From the NCBI GenBank assembly GCA_964514105.1, contig CAZEPJ010000001.1, positions 34,448 through 98,447 on the forward strand: DNA of 64,000 nucleotides. Reading direction: 5' to 3'. The translations under genes and the position numbers were made by a program. Shown here piece after piece: positions 19,360-28,849 of the stretch (position 1 is its first letter; each line of letters begins with the position of its first letter). The notes below the pieces were generated by a model, which was not told the DNA's origin, did not search any database, and was given only the letters and a program-made list of their open reading frames with translations. The DNA is from an uncultured Desulfarculaceae bacterium. GTDB taxonomy: Bacteria; Desulfobacterota; Desulfocorpusculales; Desulfocorpusculum.

Positions 19360-20362
19360 GGGAAGCCTTTCCTCGGAACAGGTAGTAGCAGTAGCCCGTG
19401 TAGCCCAGGACCACGGGCAGCAGGATGACCGTTCCCACCAGAAGCAGCGACTGGGATGGGGCTGCGGCGGCGGCCTGGCGGAAGGTCACCGCAAAGGGGA
19501 CGGAATAGGGCCACAGGCTGATGCCAAGTCCCAGATACGCCGTCAGGAAAACGCCGAAGCTCGAGAAAAACGGCCTGATCTCGCGACCTGCCTGCAAATC
19601 CCGCCAGATGAGAATGATCAGCACGAGGCTGGCCGTGGGAATGGGTATCAGGTAGAAGAGATTGGGGAGGGTCCACCACAGGGCGCGGATGGCGGGGTTC
19701 GTCAGGGGCATGCTGATGCTGACGATCGCCAGGAACAGGGCGACATAGCCGAGGGCGTAGGCCGCGCACTTGCGCGCCCATGCCTGGGTGACATCCTCGG
19801 TCTTCATGACCAGCCAGGTGGCTCCCAGCAGGGCGTAGCCGAAGACCAGCGCCGCGCCTGTCATCATGCTGTACGCGTTCAACCAGTCCAAGGAGCCTCC
19901 GGCGAAACGTCGACCCTCGACCGCCACCCCCTGCACCACCGCGCCGACGATGGCCCCCTGCATGAAGGCCGCGGTCAGTGAGCCGAAATGAAATGCGCGG
20001 TCCCACAACACCCTGGTTCGATCGGTGGCCTTGAAGCGGAACTCGAAGGCGACCCCTCTGAAGATCAGCCCGAGCAGCATGACGATGACCGGGATGTAGA
20101 GGGCGGGCATGAGGACGGCATACGCCAGCGGAAACGCGGCGAACAGGCCACCGCCGCCCAAGACCAGCCACGTCTCGTTTCCGTCCCAGAACGGCGCGAT
20201 GGAGTTCATCATCCGGTCCCGGCACTGATCCGAGGGAGCGAAGGGGAACAGGACGCCCACCCCCAGATCGAATCCGTCCAACAGGACGTAGAGGAACAGC
20301 GCCACGATGATGAGGGCGTGCCAGATGAGCGGCAGGTCCACTACGTGTTCCAAGCTAAACAT
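19343..20362 (-). CDS. cydB: Cytochrome bd ubiquinol oxidase subunit II
   Basis: The start was reset to MFSLEHVVDLPLIWHALIIVALFLYVLLDGFDLGVGVL, which aligns with the E. coli CydB N-terminus (MIDYEVLRFIWWLL...DGFDMGVGML). GGGGG lies 7 nt upstream. Confidence 0.85.
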   Translation of the reverse strand: MFSLEHVVDLPLIWHALIIVALFLYVLLDGFDLGVGVLFPFAPSDQCRDRMMNSIAPFWDGNETWLVLGGGGLFAAFPLAYAVLMPALYIPVIVMLLGLIFRGVAFEFRFKATDRTRVLWDRAFHFGSLTAAFMQGAIVGAVVQGVAVEGRRFAGGSLDWLNAYSMMTGAALVFGYALLGATWLVMKTEDVTQAWARKCAAYALGYVALFLAIVSISMPLTNPAIRALWWTLPNLFYLIPIPTASLVLIILIWRDLQAGREIRPFFSSFGVFLTAYLGLGISLWPYSVPFAVTFRQAAAAAPSQSLLLVGTVILLPVVLGYTGYCYYLFRGKASHETAY

Positions 20363-20457
20363 CTCATGCCCCCCATTGGCTTGGCAATCAGTGGCCCCGG
20401 GACGCTGGCGCCGGGCCTCGCCTCCGCTCCACCCCCAAAGACGCCAGCCCCCCGGGA

Positions 20458-21843
20458 TCACTCATGATGGACTTGAGCCGCGATCGCCGGTGCGGCGATT
20501 CCATGGTCTCCATAGGTCGGCTGATCCAGGACCGGCCCCTTGCCGATCAACCTCAGGATGTAGTAACTGCCCGCGCCGAACACGAACACATAGACGAAGA
20601 CGAATGCCAGAAGGGAGATGGCGATGGGACCCTCCGAGACCGGAGACGTGGCCTCGGCGGTCCTGAGAACGCCCTGGACGATGTACGGCTGGCGGCCCAT
20701 CTCCGTCACGATCCAGCCGGCCAGGACGGCCACGAACCCCGCGGGCGTCAGCGCCATACACCACAAATGAAACCACCGGGCATGGAAGAGCCGCTTTCGC
20801 AGGAACAGGATCACTGCCATGGCTCCGGAGGCGATCATCAACAGGCCCGTTCCCACCATGATGCGGAAGGACCAGAACACCCAGGCGACCGGGGGGCGCT
20901 CGTCTCTCGGCCATTGCTTCAGACCCTTGACCTCGCCATCCGGGTCGTGGGTGAGGATCAGGCTGGAGAGCTTGGGGATCTCGATGGCGTAACGGGTGAT
21001 CTCCTGGTCTTCATCGGGCCAGCCGAAAAGCACCAGCGGCGCGCCGTTTCGCGTCTGCCAGAGTCCCTCCATGGCCGACACCTTGGCGGGCTGGTGTTCC
21101 AGCGTGTTCAGGCCGTGCAGGTCGCCCAGAATCAGCTGGAGGGGCGCCACGAATACGGCCATGATCATGGCCATTCCGAACATCACCCGGGCGTGCGGGA
21201 CATGCCGCTTCCGCCACAGATAGAACGCACCGATTCCCCCCACGACAAAGGCCGTGGTGAGGTAGGCCGCCGTCACCATGTGGCTGAATCTGTACGGGAA
21301 GGACGGGTTGAAGATCACCTGCAACCAGTCGGTCGGGTAAAGCAGGCCGTCGGGGCCGGGGCGAAATCCCTGAGGGGTCTGCATCCAGCTGTTGGCCGAA
21401 AGGATCCAAAACGCCGATACCAGCGTGCCGGCGGCCACGATGACGGTGGCGGCGAAGTGCATCCCGGGGCTCACGCGATTCCAGCCGAACAACATGACGC
21501 CTAGAAAGGATGCCTCCAGAAAGAAGGCCGTGAGGACCTCGTACCCCAGCAGGGGACCGAGTACGTTTCCGGCCATGTCAGCGAAGAGCGACCAGTTGGT
21601 TCCGAACTGGAAGGAGAGCACGACCCCCGAGACCACCCCCATCCCGAAGGTCACCGCGAAGATCTTGACCCACATCCGGTAGATATCCGCATAGAGGGTG
21701 TTGCTGGTTCTCAACCAGCGCCATTCCAGCACGGCAAGCCAGCTTGCCAACCCGATGGTGAATGCGGGGAATACGATGTGGAATGAAACGGTGAACGCGA
21801 ACTGGATGCGCGCCAGGGTGAGGGCACTGAATGATTCCCACAT
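20458..21843 (-). CDS. cydA: Cytochrome bd ubiquinol oxidase subunit I
   Basis: The start was reset to MWESFSALTLARIQFAFTVSFHIVFPAFTIGLASWLAVLEW (CydA N-terminus) with an AGGTGA RBS. The Q-loop and heme-ligand regions are present. The 107-aa table extension is spurious. Confidence 0.9.
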   Translation of the reverse strand: MWESFSALTLARIQFAFTVSFHIVFPAFTIGLASWLAVLEWRWLRTSNTLYADIYRMWVKIFAVTFGMGVVSGVVLSFQFGTNWSLFADMAGNVLGPLLGYEVLTAFFLEASFLGVMLFGWNRVSPGMHFAATVIVAAGTLVSAFWILSANSWMQTPQGFRPGPDGLLYPTDWLQVIFNPSFPYRFSHMVTAAYLTTAFVVGGIGAFYLWRKRHVPHARVMFGMAMIMAVFVAPLQLILGDLHGLNTLEHQPAKVSAMEGLWQTRNGAPLVLFGWPDEDQEITRYAIEIPKLSSLILTHDPDGEVKGLKQWPRDERPPVAWVFWSFRIMVGTGLLMIASGAMAVILFLRKRLFHARWFHLWCMALTPAGFVAVLAGWIVTEMGRQPYIVQGVLRTAEATSPVSEGPIAISLLAFVFVYVFVFGAGSYYILRLIGKGPVLDQPTYGDHGIAAPAIAAQVHHE

Positions 21844-22018
21844 GGATTCACCTCGGGGGAGGAGCCTGTGCCGGCCCGGCCCTGTTGCCACCCCGCTGGT
21901 TCCGCATCGCCTCGAGCGAGGCCAGGTTCGCACAGGTGTCAGGCCGGCCCGCGCTGCCCCAGCCGGCCACCGCGCTTGCTCGTCGTCGGTGCGCCGCCGC
22001 CTTGGGTCCCGCCAATCC

Positions 22019-23116
22019 CTAGGCCAGGGACTCCAAGAAGGACTGAATCCGCACGTTGAGCTGCTCCATGGAGCTAGGGTTGTCCTCGGCCTCCAGCTTG
22101 AGATGGCGCACGCCCCAGGCATCGAAGCGCTCCTTGAGGATGGCGTACTCCATGGCGAAGGCATCGCAGTATAGCTGGATCAGATAGATCAACCCAGCGG
22201 CGCCACTTCGCGCCATGGCCTCCCGGATCCCCACGGCGCGCTCCTCGAACGCGTACATTCCGGGCGCCGGTACCCGCCGCAGATAGCCCCGGGCCAGGGC
22301 CCGGAAGGGGTCCCCGTCCGTATCGATGGGCGTCGAGCCATACCTCGCGTTGTGGGCGAAGTCGTCTGCCACCACCGAGGCCCCGTACTTCTCGGCCGTG
22401 CGGATCACGTCCAGGGCCATGTGGAGGTGGATGGCGCTCAGCATGAGCCGTGGGGATTCGTTCCTGGAGGGGAGGGGCTGCGCGGCATCCAGCAAGCGCC
22501 GCATGGCCGCGTTGTGCGCCTCCACGGGCATGACCAGGGCGGCCCCGAATGCGTAGAGTGCCTCCTGAGCCGAGATCCGACCGGCGGCCCGAGCTTCGGC
22601 CAGTTGGCGGAAACAGGCCCGATTGTCGTTGTACAAGGCGATGGACGCCCGCAGGCCCTCTTCCGTGACGGAGTTTCCCGAGAGCCGCGACAGGGCTCCG
22701 GCCAGGCGCCGCATCTCCTCGGTGAAATAGCCCAGGGCCGCATCGCCAGCCGTGGTGGGTGTCCTCACCAGCCAGAGATGGGGGAAGAGCTTGCGGTGGG
22801 CCCAGATGTCGAAGACGTGGCGGTTGGTGTCGCACACCGTGGCCACCATTACCCCATCCACGTAGTCGTACACCCCGCTGTACAACTGCCCGGCCAGGTT
22901 CTTGCTCATGCCGCACAGGTAAGGCAGGAGCTGGGAGCGCTCGTCGTATGCGGGGTTGCGTTCCTCCACCAACTGGACGGGAAGCATCCCGGCCGCATGA
23001 ATCAACTCCTTGGGGACCAGCCCGTAGAAGCAGGCGACGACCTTGCGCCCCCCTTCATGGATCTCCCGGCACCGCTGGTGCCTGTCCAGGAACCATTCCT
23101 TGAACTGGGATGTCAC
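22019..23116 (-). CDS. 2-hydroxyacyl-CoA dehydratase / benzoyl-CoA reductase BcrBC-type (HGD-D family) subunit
   Basis: GTG start preceded by GGAGG. HgdA/HgdB-like fold with conserved Cys clusters (VVACFYG..., VATVCDTNRH). The table ORF N-terminal 147 aa are spurious. Confidence 0.65.
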   Translation of the reverse strand: MTSQFKEWFLDRHQRCREIHEGGRKVVACFYGLVPKELIHAAGMLPVQLVEERNPAYDERSQLLPYLCGMSKNLAGQLYSGVYDYVDGVMVATVCDTNRHVFDIWAHRKLFPHLWLVRTPTTAGDAALGYFTEEMRRLAGALSRLSGNSVTEEGLRASIALYNDNRACFRQLAEARAAGRISAQEALYAFGAALVMPVEAHNAAMRRLLDAAQPLPSRNESPRLMLSAIHLHMALDVIRTAEKYGASVVADDFAHNARYGSTPIDTDGDPFRALARGYLRRVPAPGMYAFEERAVGIREAMARSGAAGLIYLIQLYCDAFAMEYAILKERFDAWGVRHLKLEAEDNPSSMEQLNVRIQSFLESLA

Positions 23117-24372
23117 GGACGGCCTCCTTCCTGCTTCCTGCGCCGCTCCAGGATCTCCACAAAACCGTCGATCTTGTTCTTGGCGTCCTGCATGTTGAAT
23201 CCCTCGGCATCGGCCTGATCTCCCTCGAAGATGAGCACCGGCAGGCCGTGCTTCTCCCGGATCATCTGGACCACCTCGTCCTGCCCGATGGACTGGGGAC
23301 GGCAGCTCCGGTTGGAAAACATGACCAGGCCATCCACCTCGTACTCCCCAATGGCGCGGTCGAAGTACTCGAATCGTCGCGCAATGGGCATGTTGGTCAG
23401 GACGTTGGTGTACTTCTCGGCCAGGGTCTGGAACGGCCTTTCGGGATCGAGCCTGCCCGACCGGGTCTTGTTCCCCCAGCTCAGGGCCGTGTAAGGTTCC
23501 CAGACGAAGTTGGCCCCTTTCTCCTCGAAGTACGTGATCACCTGGAGGTGGTGCCAAATGGGGATCCCGTTCCAGATGAGGCGGAAGCGCTCCCCGCCCT
23601 GGGCCGGAGTCTTGCCCTGCTGCGCCTCCTCCTCGTACCGCCGCCGCAGGGCCTGATAGAAGTCCGCACAGTCCTTCTCCCCCAGTGCGGTCACCAGGGG
23701 GAGGATCTCCCCGGCGAAGTTCCGGAAGCTCACGGGCGAGGGCCTTCGCTTGCGCAGCTCCAGGATCGCCTTCCAGTGAACTCCCGCGAGGTCCGACTGG
23801 CGCACCGCCTCCCGGAGTCTCTCCAGGTCAAAAACACGGTTGGTGTGCCTTTCGATGAAACGGACCATCTCGTGGATCTGTGTCTCGTAGTAGGCCACGT
23901 AGCCGGGATCCCATGGATCATCGGTGGCGGGCATGTCCACGAAGAAGGTGGGTTTCTTGAAGCGGTCTTCCAGATAGGCCCACCAGGTGACGTGGAGGCA
24001 GCAGATGCTCACGTCGGTCATGAAGAGATCGGGCTCGGGTATGGGGCCGAAGGCCGACTTGTTGGTCCAGGCGATGCCCAGCCCGCAGCGGGTGTACGAA
24101 CAGACGGAATTGGAGAAACCGCGGTCCCGGGCGGCGTCGAAGAACTCGTCGGCCTTGCGGATCCCCGCGGCCACCGCGGCCAGGCTCTCGGGAAACACCG
24201 GGTACACGTCCATGGCATAGAGGACCTCGATGGGCACCGCCGCACTGGCCACACAGATGGGCTGCCCAGCCTCGTGGGCGGCGAGCATCCTGCGATAGGA
24301 CGCCCCGGCGCTGAGCTTCTTCAGCATGGTCCTCAGGTCGACCGGTTCCCCAACGCTTTCCGCTTGATTCAT
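23113..24372 (-). CDS. 2-hydroxyacyl-CoA dehydratase / BcrBC-type (HGD-D family) subunit, partner of the downstream gene
   Basis: Internal ATG (MNQAESVGEPVDLRTMLKK) preceded by GGAGGG. It is an HGD-D family protein, and its stop overlaps the start of the next subunit (23113-23116). Confidence 0.65.
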   Translation of the reverse strand: MNQAESVGEPVDLRTMLKKLSAGASYRRMLAAHEAGQPICVASAAVPIEVLYAMDVYPVFPESLAAVAAGIRKADEFFDAARDRGFSNSVCSYTRCGLGIAWTNKSAFGPIPEPDLFMTDVSICCLHVTWWAYLEDRFKKPTFFVDMPATDDPWDPGYVAYYETQIHEMVRFIERHTNRVFDLERLREAVRQSDLAGVHWKAILELRKRRPSPVSFRNFAGEILPLVTALGEKDCADFYQALRRRYEEEAQQGKTPAQGGERFRLIWNGIPIWHHLQVITYFEEKGANFVWEPYTALSWGNKTRSGRLDPERPFQTLAEKYTNVLTNMPIARRFEYFDRAIGEYEVDGLVMFSNRSCRPQSIGQDEVVQMIREKHGLPVLIFEGDQADAEGFNMQDAKNKIDGFVEILERRRKQEGGRP

Positions 24373-24513
24373 GGACTGCCCTCCTCGGCTATCGCCGCCC
24401 GAGACGCGGCCACTCCCCGGATCCTCCAACGGGCCTGGCGGATGACGACGCTCCCTTTCCGATGAAAGAACAGCCTACACGATCCCCGACCCGAAGGCAA
24501 TTCCCCGTTCGCC

Positions 24514-25782
24514 ATGCCGTTGACAGCGACCCCGGAATTGTGGAAAGCTCTCTGTGCCGGTTCCAACGATGGGGTCAGAAGGGTTCGGCCATCCGTGTAC
24601 CTCACCTCCTTCATCCACCGAGAGACCCTGTTCGAGATCACCCAGCGGTGGCTTTGCGGCCGCTTGGAACCGGACGACGCCCGACGGATCACGGAGATCC
24701 TCATCTGCGATGGTTTCGTCCTGGGCGAGGTCCTGGGGGACGTGGCCAAATCCCTGCTGGGCATGGTCCATCAAGGGAGCCTCCACGCCCGGAACATCCG
24801 GCTCAAGGGGGAGATGCGGGATGCCATCTGCCAAACCGGCTGCGGGGGCGTCCCCCGGGTCTCTCAACTGATCCGGCGCTATCGGGAGAAGCCCGACTTC
24901 TTTTACCGGGAGGCCCCCATCAACGGGGTCATGTACCTCAACCATGGCCAGCGGCTTGTGGGTCTGCACCGTGTGAAGAGGCCCCGCAGAATCGCCGAGA
25001 AGGCCAACCGGTATCTTGCCAACTGGATCTTCGGGATGGTCCAGGACAGGGCCCGAGGGCTGGCCACGGCCCGGGCCCGGGCATTTGGGATCCCCGTGGA
25101 GGACCTGCTGACCTCCGCGGAGGACATGGCACGGGAATTCATTCAGGCCGAGGAGGCCATCACGGAGGGCTTCCGCCAGGGGGCCATCGGGCTCGATCGC
25201 ACGGCCCTGACCATTCATGACGTGGGAGGGGTGAAGGTGGTGGCCGAACCGGAGGGGCTCCATGCCTTGGAGGAACGACTGTCGGCGCATCCCATCTATG
25301 GGGTGCGGGGGCGGGAGAGCCACCGCGGCGACTACCAGGCCACGAGCCTGATCCTGGAGGTCCCGTGGGACCGGCAGTCCGTGTGCCGGAAGTTCACGGC
25401 GTGCCGATGCTGGGAGCGCTATCGAAACCGGGGGATCCCTGATGAGGATCTGGATCGGGGCCTGGAGCCCTTGCTGGGAGACGCAGCGCCCACGGTGAAC
25501 ATCGAGGTGATCCTGTCCACCTTTGCGGATATGGTGGAGTCGGAGCTGGGGAACAGCATCCATGAGGAGCGGATCCTCTCCCAGAGGGACACCCGGGTGT
25601 ACCGCGGTTACATCCCCACCAACGTGGAGTTCCTGGTCGAGTACCTCTTCGCGGTGGGATTCAGCCCGACGGCGCAGGTGGACGAACTTCCCATCAAGCT
25701 GTGGGGCCGATACCTGCCGGACACGGTCATCTCGCAGATCCGACACCTCCATGGGGTGCCCGAATCGGAGATTCTCTGCTGA
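24514..25782 (+). CDS. RelA/SpoT-domain (RSD) nucleotidyltransferase with an N-terminal domain of unknown function
   Basis: Ordered RSD synthetase motifs: RVKRPRRIAEK (G/RxKxxxSIxxK-like), HDVGGVKVV (DxxGxRI-like), GDYQATSLILEV (GYQSLHT-like), and EVILSTFADMVESELGNSIHE (EVQIRT...MH..AE.G-like). 422 aa. Confidence 0.5.
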   Translation: MPLTATPELWKALCAGSNDGVRRVRPSVYLTSFIHRETLFEITQRWLCGRLEPDDARRITEILICDGFVLGEVLGDVAKSLLGMVHQGSLHARNIRLKGEMRDAICQTGCGGVPRVSQLIRRYREKPDFFYREAPINGVMYLNHGQRLVGLHRVKRPRRIAEKANRYLANWIFGMVQDRARGLATARARAFGIPVEDLLTSAEDMAREFIQAEEAITEGFRQGAIGLDRTALTIHDVGGVKVVAEPEGLHALEERLSAHPIYGVRGRESHRGDYQATSLILEVPWDRQSVCRKFTACRCWERYRNRGIPDEDLDRGLEPLLGDAAPTVNIEVILSTFADMVESELGNSIHEERILSQRDTRVYRGYIPTNVEFLVEYLFAVGFSPTAQVDELPIKLWGRYLPDTVISQIRHLHGVPESEILC

Positions 25783-25882
25783 CCGCAGCGGCGGGTGGCA
25801 GCCCGGAGCCCGGGTCGCTCCGATTGAGATGGGCGCGGATCGGGGCTATCCTCTTGAAATGGGTGGGACCGGGAGGAGACCT

Positions 25883-27397
25883 GTGGCGGGGCAAGGGAAG
25901 GCAGAGGGCGGCGATGCCCACGGCAGGGGTGGCCGCCGTCGGCGCCGGAAACGGGTTGGGGCGCGCGGGGGCGGGGCAGACCTGCAGGACGTCGAGCGGC
26001 TCATTGCCGAGGCGGTCCGGAAGAGCTTCGGCGAGGCCTTCGGCTTTGGGCAGGCTCTGTCCAGGCCGGTGCCGCTGCGGCTGGACATGGTGGTCGAGCC
26101 GGGGCCCCACTGGCGGCTCCGTGCCGACCCGCCGTTGAGCCAGCAGATCCTGGCGGCGGTGCGGGAGACGGGAGCCCGGGCCGAGGCCCATCGCAGGGGT
26201 CGGGTGTATTGCTATCGGTGCGAGAGCGCCGAGTGCCTCCACAGCCTGCCCCCCACGCCGACGGCCGTCTTCGGCGGGTATACCCCCACGGGGCTTCCCC
26301 GCTGGCCGGAGCTGACCCAACTGCTCCTGGACTTGAGGCACCCGGGGGTCGATCTGCTGTTCGAGGCACAGGGCTTGGCCTGGGTGGCGGCCTGCATGGG
26401 CCCCGAGCGCCTCAAGTCCGCCCAGCTGGACGTGTTCGGGCGCAGCTCCAAGGCGTATGACATCCTGGGACAGGTGGTGGTGGGGTTTCTCCGGGCGCGG
26501 GATCCGGAGCCAACACGGGACGACACCGGGCGGGTCGCCCTCACCATCCAGGCGGTGGAATCGCGCCGCCTGGATGGCTCACCCAGACTGGATCTCAACA
26601 TCCTGGGGCCGCCGGGGGGCGGCGCTTCCCCCCTGGGGATCCTCCACCACGGCCCGCACCACGGCCGCGTGGCAGATCTCATCGCCCAGGCCAGCCGGCG
26701 GATCCAGCAACTGGCCCCCCAGCCTCCCCGGGGGGGTGGAGTCCGGGAGGGCAAAGGGATGCCGTCCGTGGTGGCAGAGCGGGCTCTGGGCGTCCTGAGG
26801 GAACTTGCCCGAGGGTTGGAGCGCATCGGGAGGCAGAGCGGGAGGCGGACGGCCCACGTGGTGAGGGAACGGCGGGGGGATCAACGACCCACTTCCAAGG
26901 CCCGGGACGACGCGGAGGCCGCCACCGAAGAGCGAGTGCTGTGGGATGAACGCCGGGGCACGTTCATCGTCCTGGGCCCGAGGAACCGCGTGCATGTCTT
27001 CAGCCCCCAGGGGCGGCATGTGACCAGCCTCCTTCTGGAGGGCGATGCGGTGGAGGGCCGGCTGCGCCGCCGGCGCTGGCGCAGGCTCAAGGGCCAGGCC
27101 GTGGAGCAATTCAGGGCGGCCCTGGCTCGCGGGGAGGAGGGGGGCCGGCCCGGTCCGAGGGTGACCCACGGGAGGGGGGGCACGGGAGGCGATGGCACCC
27201 GAGTCACCCATGGGGAGGGAGAGGGGCATGCGGAGTCGAGAGGCGGGCAGGGTGAACCACCGGATCTGGTACCTGGGCCGGGAGGAGTCGGGGGTCTATC
27301 TGGTGGAAGGGCGGGAGGGGTCCATGATCCTCAACGGAGGCATGAGCTACATCGTCCCCGACGTTCTGGGTCAAATGGCGGAGTTCGGCATCGATGA
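25883..27397 (+). CDS. Hypothetical protein co-oriented with the RSD gene; both ends uncertain
   Basis: GC3-rich frame with plausible protein sequence (DLQDVERLIAEAVRKSFGEAFGFGQALSRPVPLRL..., CYRCESAEC). A GGGAGGAG RBS precedes an in-frame GTG at 25883. The frame has no stop until 27397, overlapping the MBL gene by about 170 nt with a low-complexity tail, so the true C-terminus may differ or there is a frameshift. Confidence 0.3.
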   Translation: MAGQGKAEGGDAHGRGGRRRRRKRVGARGGGADLQDVERLIAEAVRKSFGEAFGFGQALSRPVPLRLDMVVEPGPHWRLRADPPLSQQILAAVRETGARAEAHRRGRVYCYRCESAECLHSLPPTPTAVFGGYTPTGLPRWPELTQLLLDLRHPGVDLLFEAQGLAWVAACMGPERLKSAQLDVFGRSSKAYDILGQVVVGFLRARDPEPTRDDTGRVALTIQAVESRRLDGSPRLDLNILGPPGGGASPLGILHHGPHHGRVADLIAQASRRIQQLAPQPPRGGGVREGKGMPSVVAERALGVLRELARGLERIGRQSGRRTAHVVRERRGDQRPTSKARDDAEAATEERVLWDERRGTFIVLGPRNRVHVFSPQGRHVTSLLLEGDAVEGRLRRRRWRRLKGQAVEQFRAALARGEEGGRPGPRVTHGRGGTGGDGTRVTHGEGEGHAESRGGQGEPPDLVPGPGGVGGLSGGRAGGVHDPQRRHELHRPRRSGSNGGVRHR

Positions 27398-28127
27398 GGG
27401 GACCATCCGATGGCTGACCGTGCTGCACGCCCACTTCGACCACGTGGGGGTGGTCCCGTTCTTCAAACGGAGGCTTCCGGAGGTCAAGGTCCTGGCCTCG
27501 GCTCGGGCTTGGGAGCTGTTGGAATCGCCCAAGGTTGTGGACACGGTCAATTCCTTCAGCGCCGTGGTGGCGCAGCGCATGGGCCGAGCCCCAGCGTGCG
27601 CCGGCCTCGATCTGGCGTGGCGGGACGACGTGAGAGGGGCAGCCGTGGGAGAGGGAGATGAAATCAGCCTGGGCGACCTGACGGTGCGCTTTCTGGAGAC
27701 GCCTGGCCATTCCTCGTGCTCCATCTCGGCGTACGTGCCCGAGCTGCGGGCCCTGTTCCCATCGGATGGCGGAGGCATCCCGTACAGAGACACCATCATC
27801 ACTTCCGGCAATTCCGACTACACCCAGTTCCAGCGCAGCCTGGAGCGTCTGGCGGGCCTTCCGGTGGATTATTACTGCGCGGACCACTACGGATTTGTGA
27901 CCGGGGAGGAGGCCGGTGCCTTCGCCCGACGGGCAGCCGACGTGGCGGCCAAGTGGCGAGGGTTCATGGAGGGGGTGTACCGGAGGACCCGGGATGTGGA
28001 TGAGTCCGCCAGGAAGCTCACCGCGGCCTTCTACCATGAGAACCCCGACTATATCCTGTCGCCAGAGATCTTCGAAGGGGTGTTCCGCCAGATGGTGCGG
28101 CACATCGCCAGGGGTCTGGAGGCGTGA
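27228..28127 (+). CDS. Metallo-beta-lactamase-fold hydrolase
   Basis: The HAHFDHVG (HxHxDH) motif follows the beta-strands YLVEG....MILNGG. GGGGAGGGAGAGGGG lies upstream of the ATG at 27228. Confidence 0.7.
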   Translation: MRSREAGRVNHRIWYLGREESGVYLVEGREGSMILNGGMSYIVPDVLGQMAEFGIDEGTIRWLTVLHAHFDHVGVVPFFKRRLPEVKVLASARAWELLESPKVVDTVNSFSAVVAQRMGRAPACAGLDLAWRDDVRGAAVGEGDEISLGDLTVRFLETPGHSSCSISAYVPELRALFPSDGGGIPYRDTIITSGNSDYTQFQRSLERLAGLPVDYYCADHYGFVTGEEAGAFARRAADVAAKWRGFMEGVYRRTRDVDESARKLTAAFYHENPDYILSPEIFEGVFRQMVRHIARGLEA

Positions 28128-28169
28128 AGCGGGCGCCCCCGGGGGGGGTCCTGAACGGAAAGGAGGCCG

Positions 28170-28679
28170 ATGACCATGAACGGACACAGAAGGGCGAGGA
28201 TGGAGATTCCGGAGTACGTGACCGTGGGCGAGGTGAGGCGGATCTGCCGCATGTTGGGGATCCGGGACTGGACCAGGCTGAAGCAGCCCCGGGTGACCGC
28301 GCAGGAGGCCAAGGCGATTCTGGCCGCGGTGGGAACCGGAGGGATGAAGGTCGATCTGGAGGAGTTCCGCATCGGGCTGGAGGTGGAGCTGGAGCACGGC
28401 ACGCGATTTCCCGAAGCCAACGTGACCAACAACCATCCGCTTCTGACGGGCAAGATCGTCCTGGCCCATTTCAAGGAGACCTTGGATTACTACAAGCGGC
28501 TGGAGGTGGCGGAGATCGAAGGAGATCTGCTCAAGGCCTCGGCGAGAGAGGACGCGGCCAAGGTGCAGCGCCTGTACCAAAAGCTCATCTGCGCGCGCCG
28601 GGCCCTGAGCACGGCGGAGGTGTGGCAGTTGTCCCGAAAACCGCGTGCCCCCCTTGACAAGGCCGGATCGGGTTCTTAA
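28170..28679 (+). CDS. Small conserved hypothetical protein (possibly DUF5661-like)
   Basis: 169 aa. The motif GLEVELEHG...[28 protein letters not shown] was recalled only as resembling a DUF family; there are no catalytic signatures. Confidence 0.4.
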   Translation: MTMNGHRRARMEIPEYVTVGEVRRICRMLGIRDWTRLKQPRVTAQEAKAILAAVGTGGMKVDLEEFRIGLEVELEHGTRFPEANVTNNHPLLTGKIVLAHFKETLDYYKRLEVAEIEGDLLKASAREDAAKVQRLYQKLICARRALSTAEVWQLSRKPRAPLDKAGSGS

Positions 28680-28791
28680 TTACTTTCTGTTTCCATTGCC
28701 CAGGAAAGAGCCGAGAAGGCCGAGGGACCGGCCCCGGACCTGGGCGGCTTGCGGTTTCACGGAGGGGAGTTCCCCTGAGGAAGGGCGGGGA

Positions 28792-28849
28792 GAGTCTTGT
28801 ACGGCTTTTTTCGGACCCGTCGCGTTGGCGACGAGAAGACTCGAGGAGG
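28792..28849 (+). promoter_or_regulatory. Nested hairpin in the groES 5' leader abutting the Shine-Dalgarno
   Basis: Outer 7-bp inverted repeat GAGTCTT...AAGACTC encloses the perfect CGTCGC-gttg-GCGACG hairpin. The 3' arm abuts GAGGAGG and the groES ATG at 28859. No CIRCE element is present. Confidence 0.35.

Noticed and set aside
25701-26138. ORF 25701..26138+ (and 25727..26341-) overlapping the hypothetical gene downstream of the RSD gene
   Set aside because: Translation is R/S/G-rich garbage. The alternative frame (25523 frame) reads as a plausible protein with GC3 bias.
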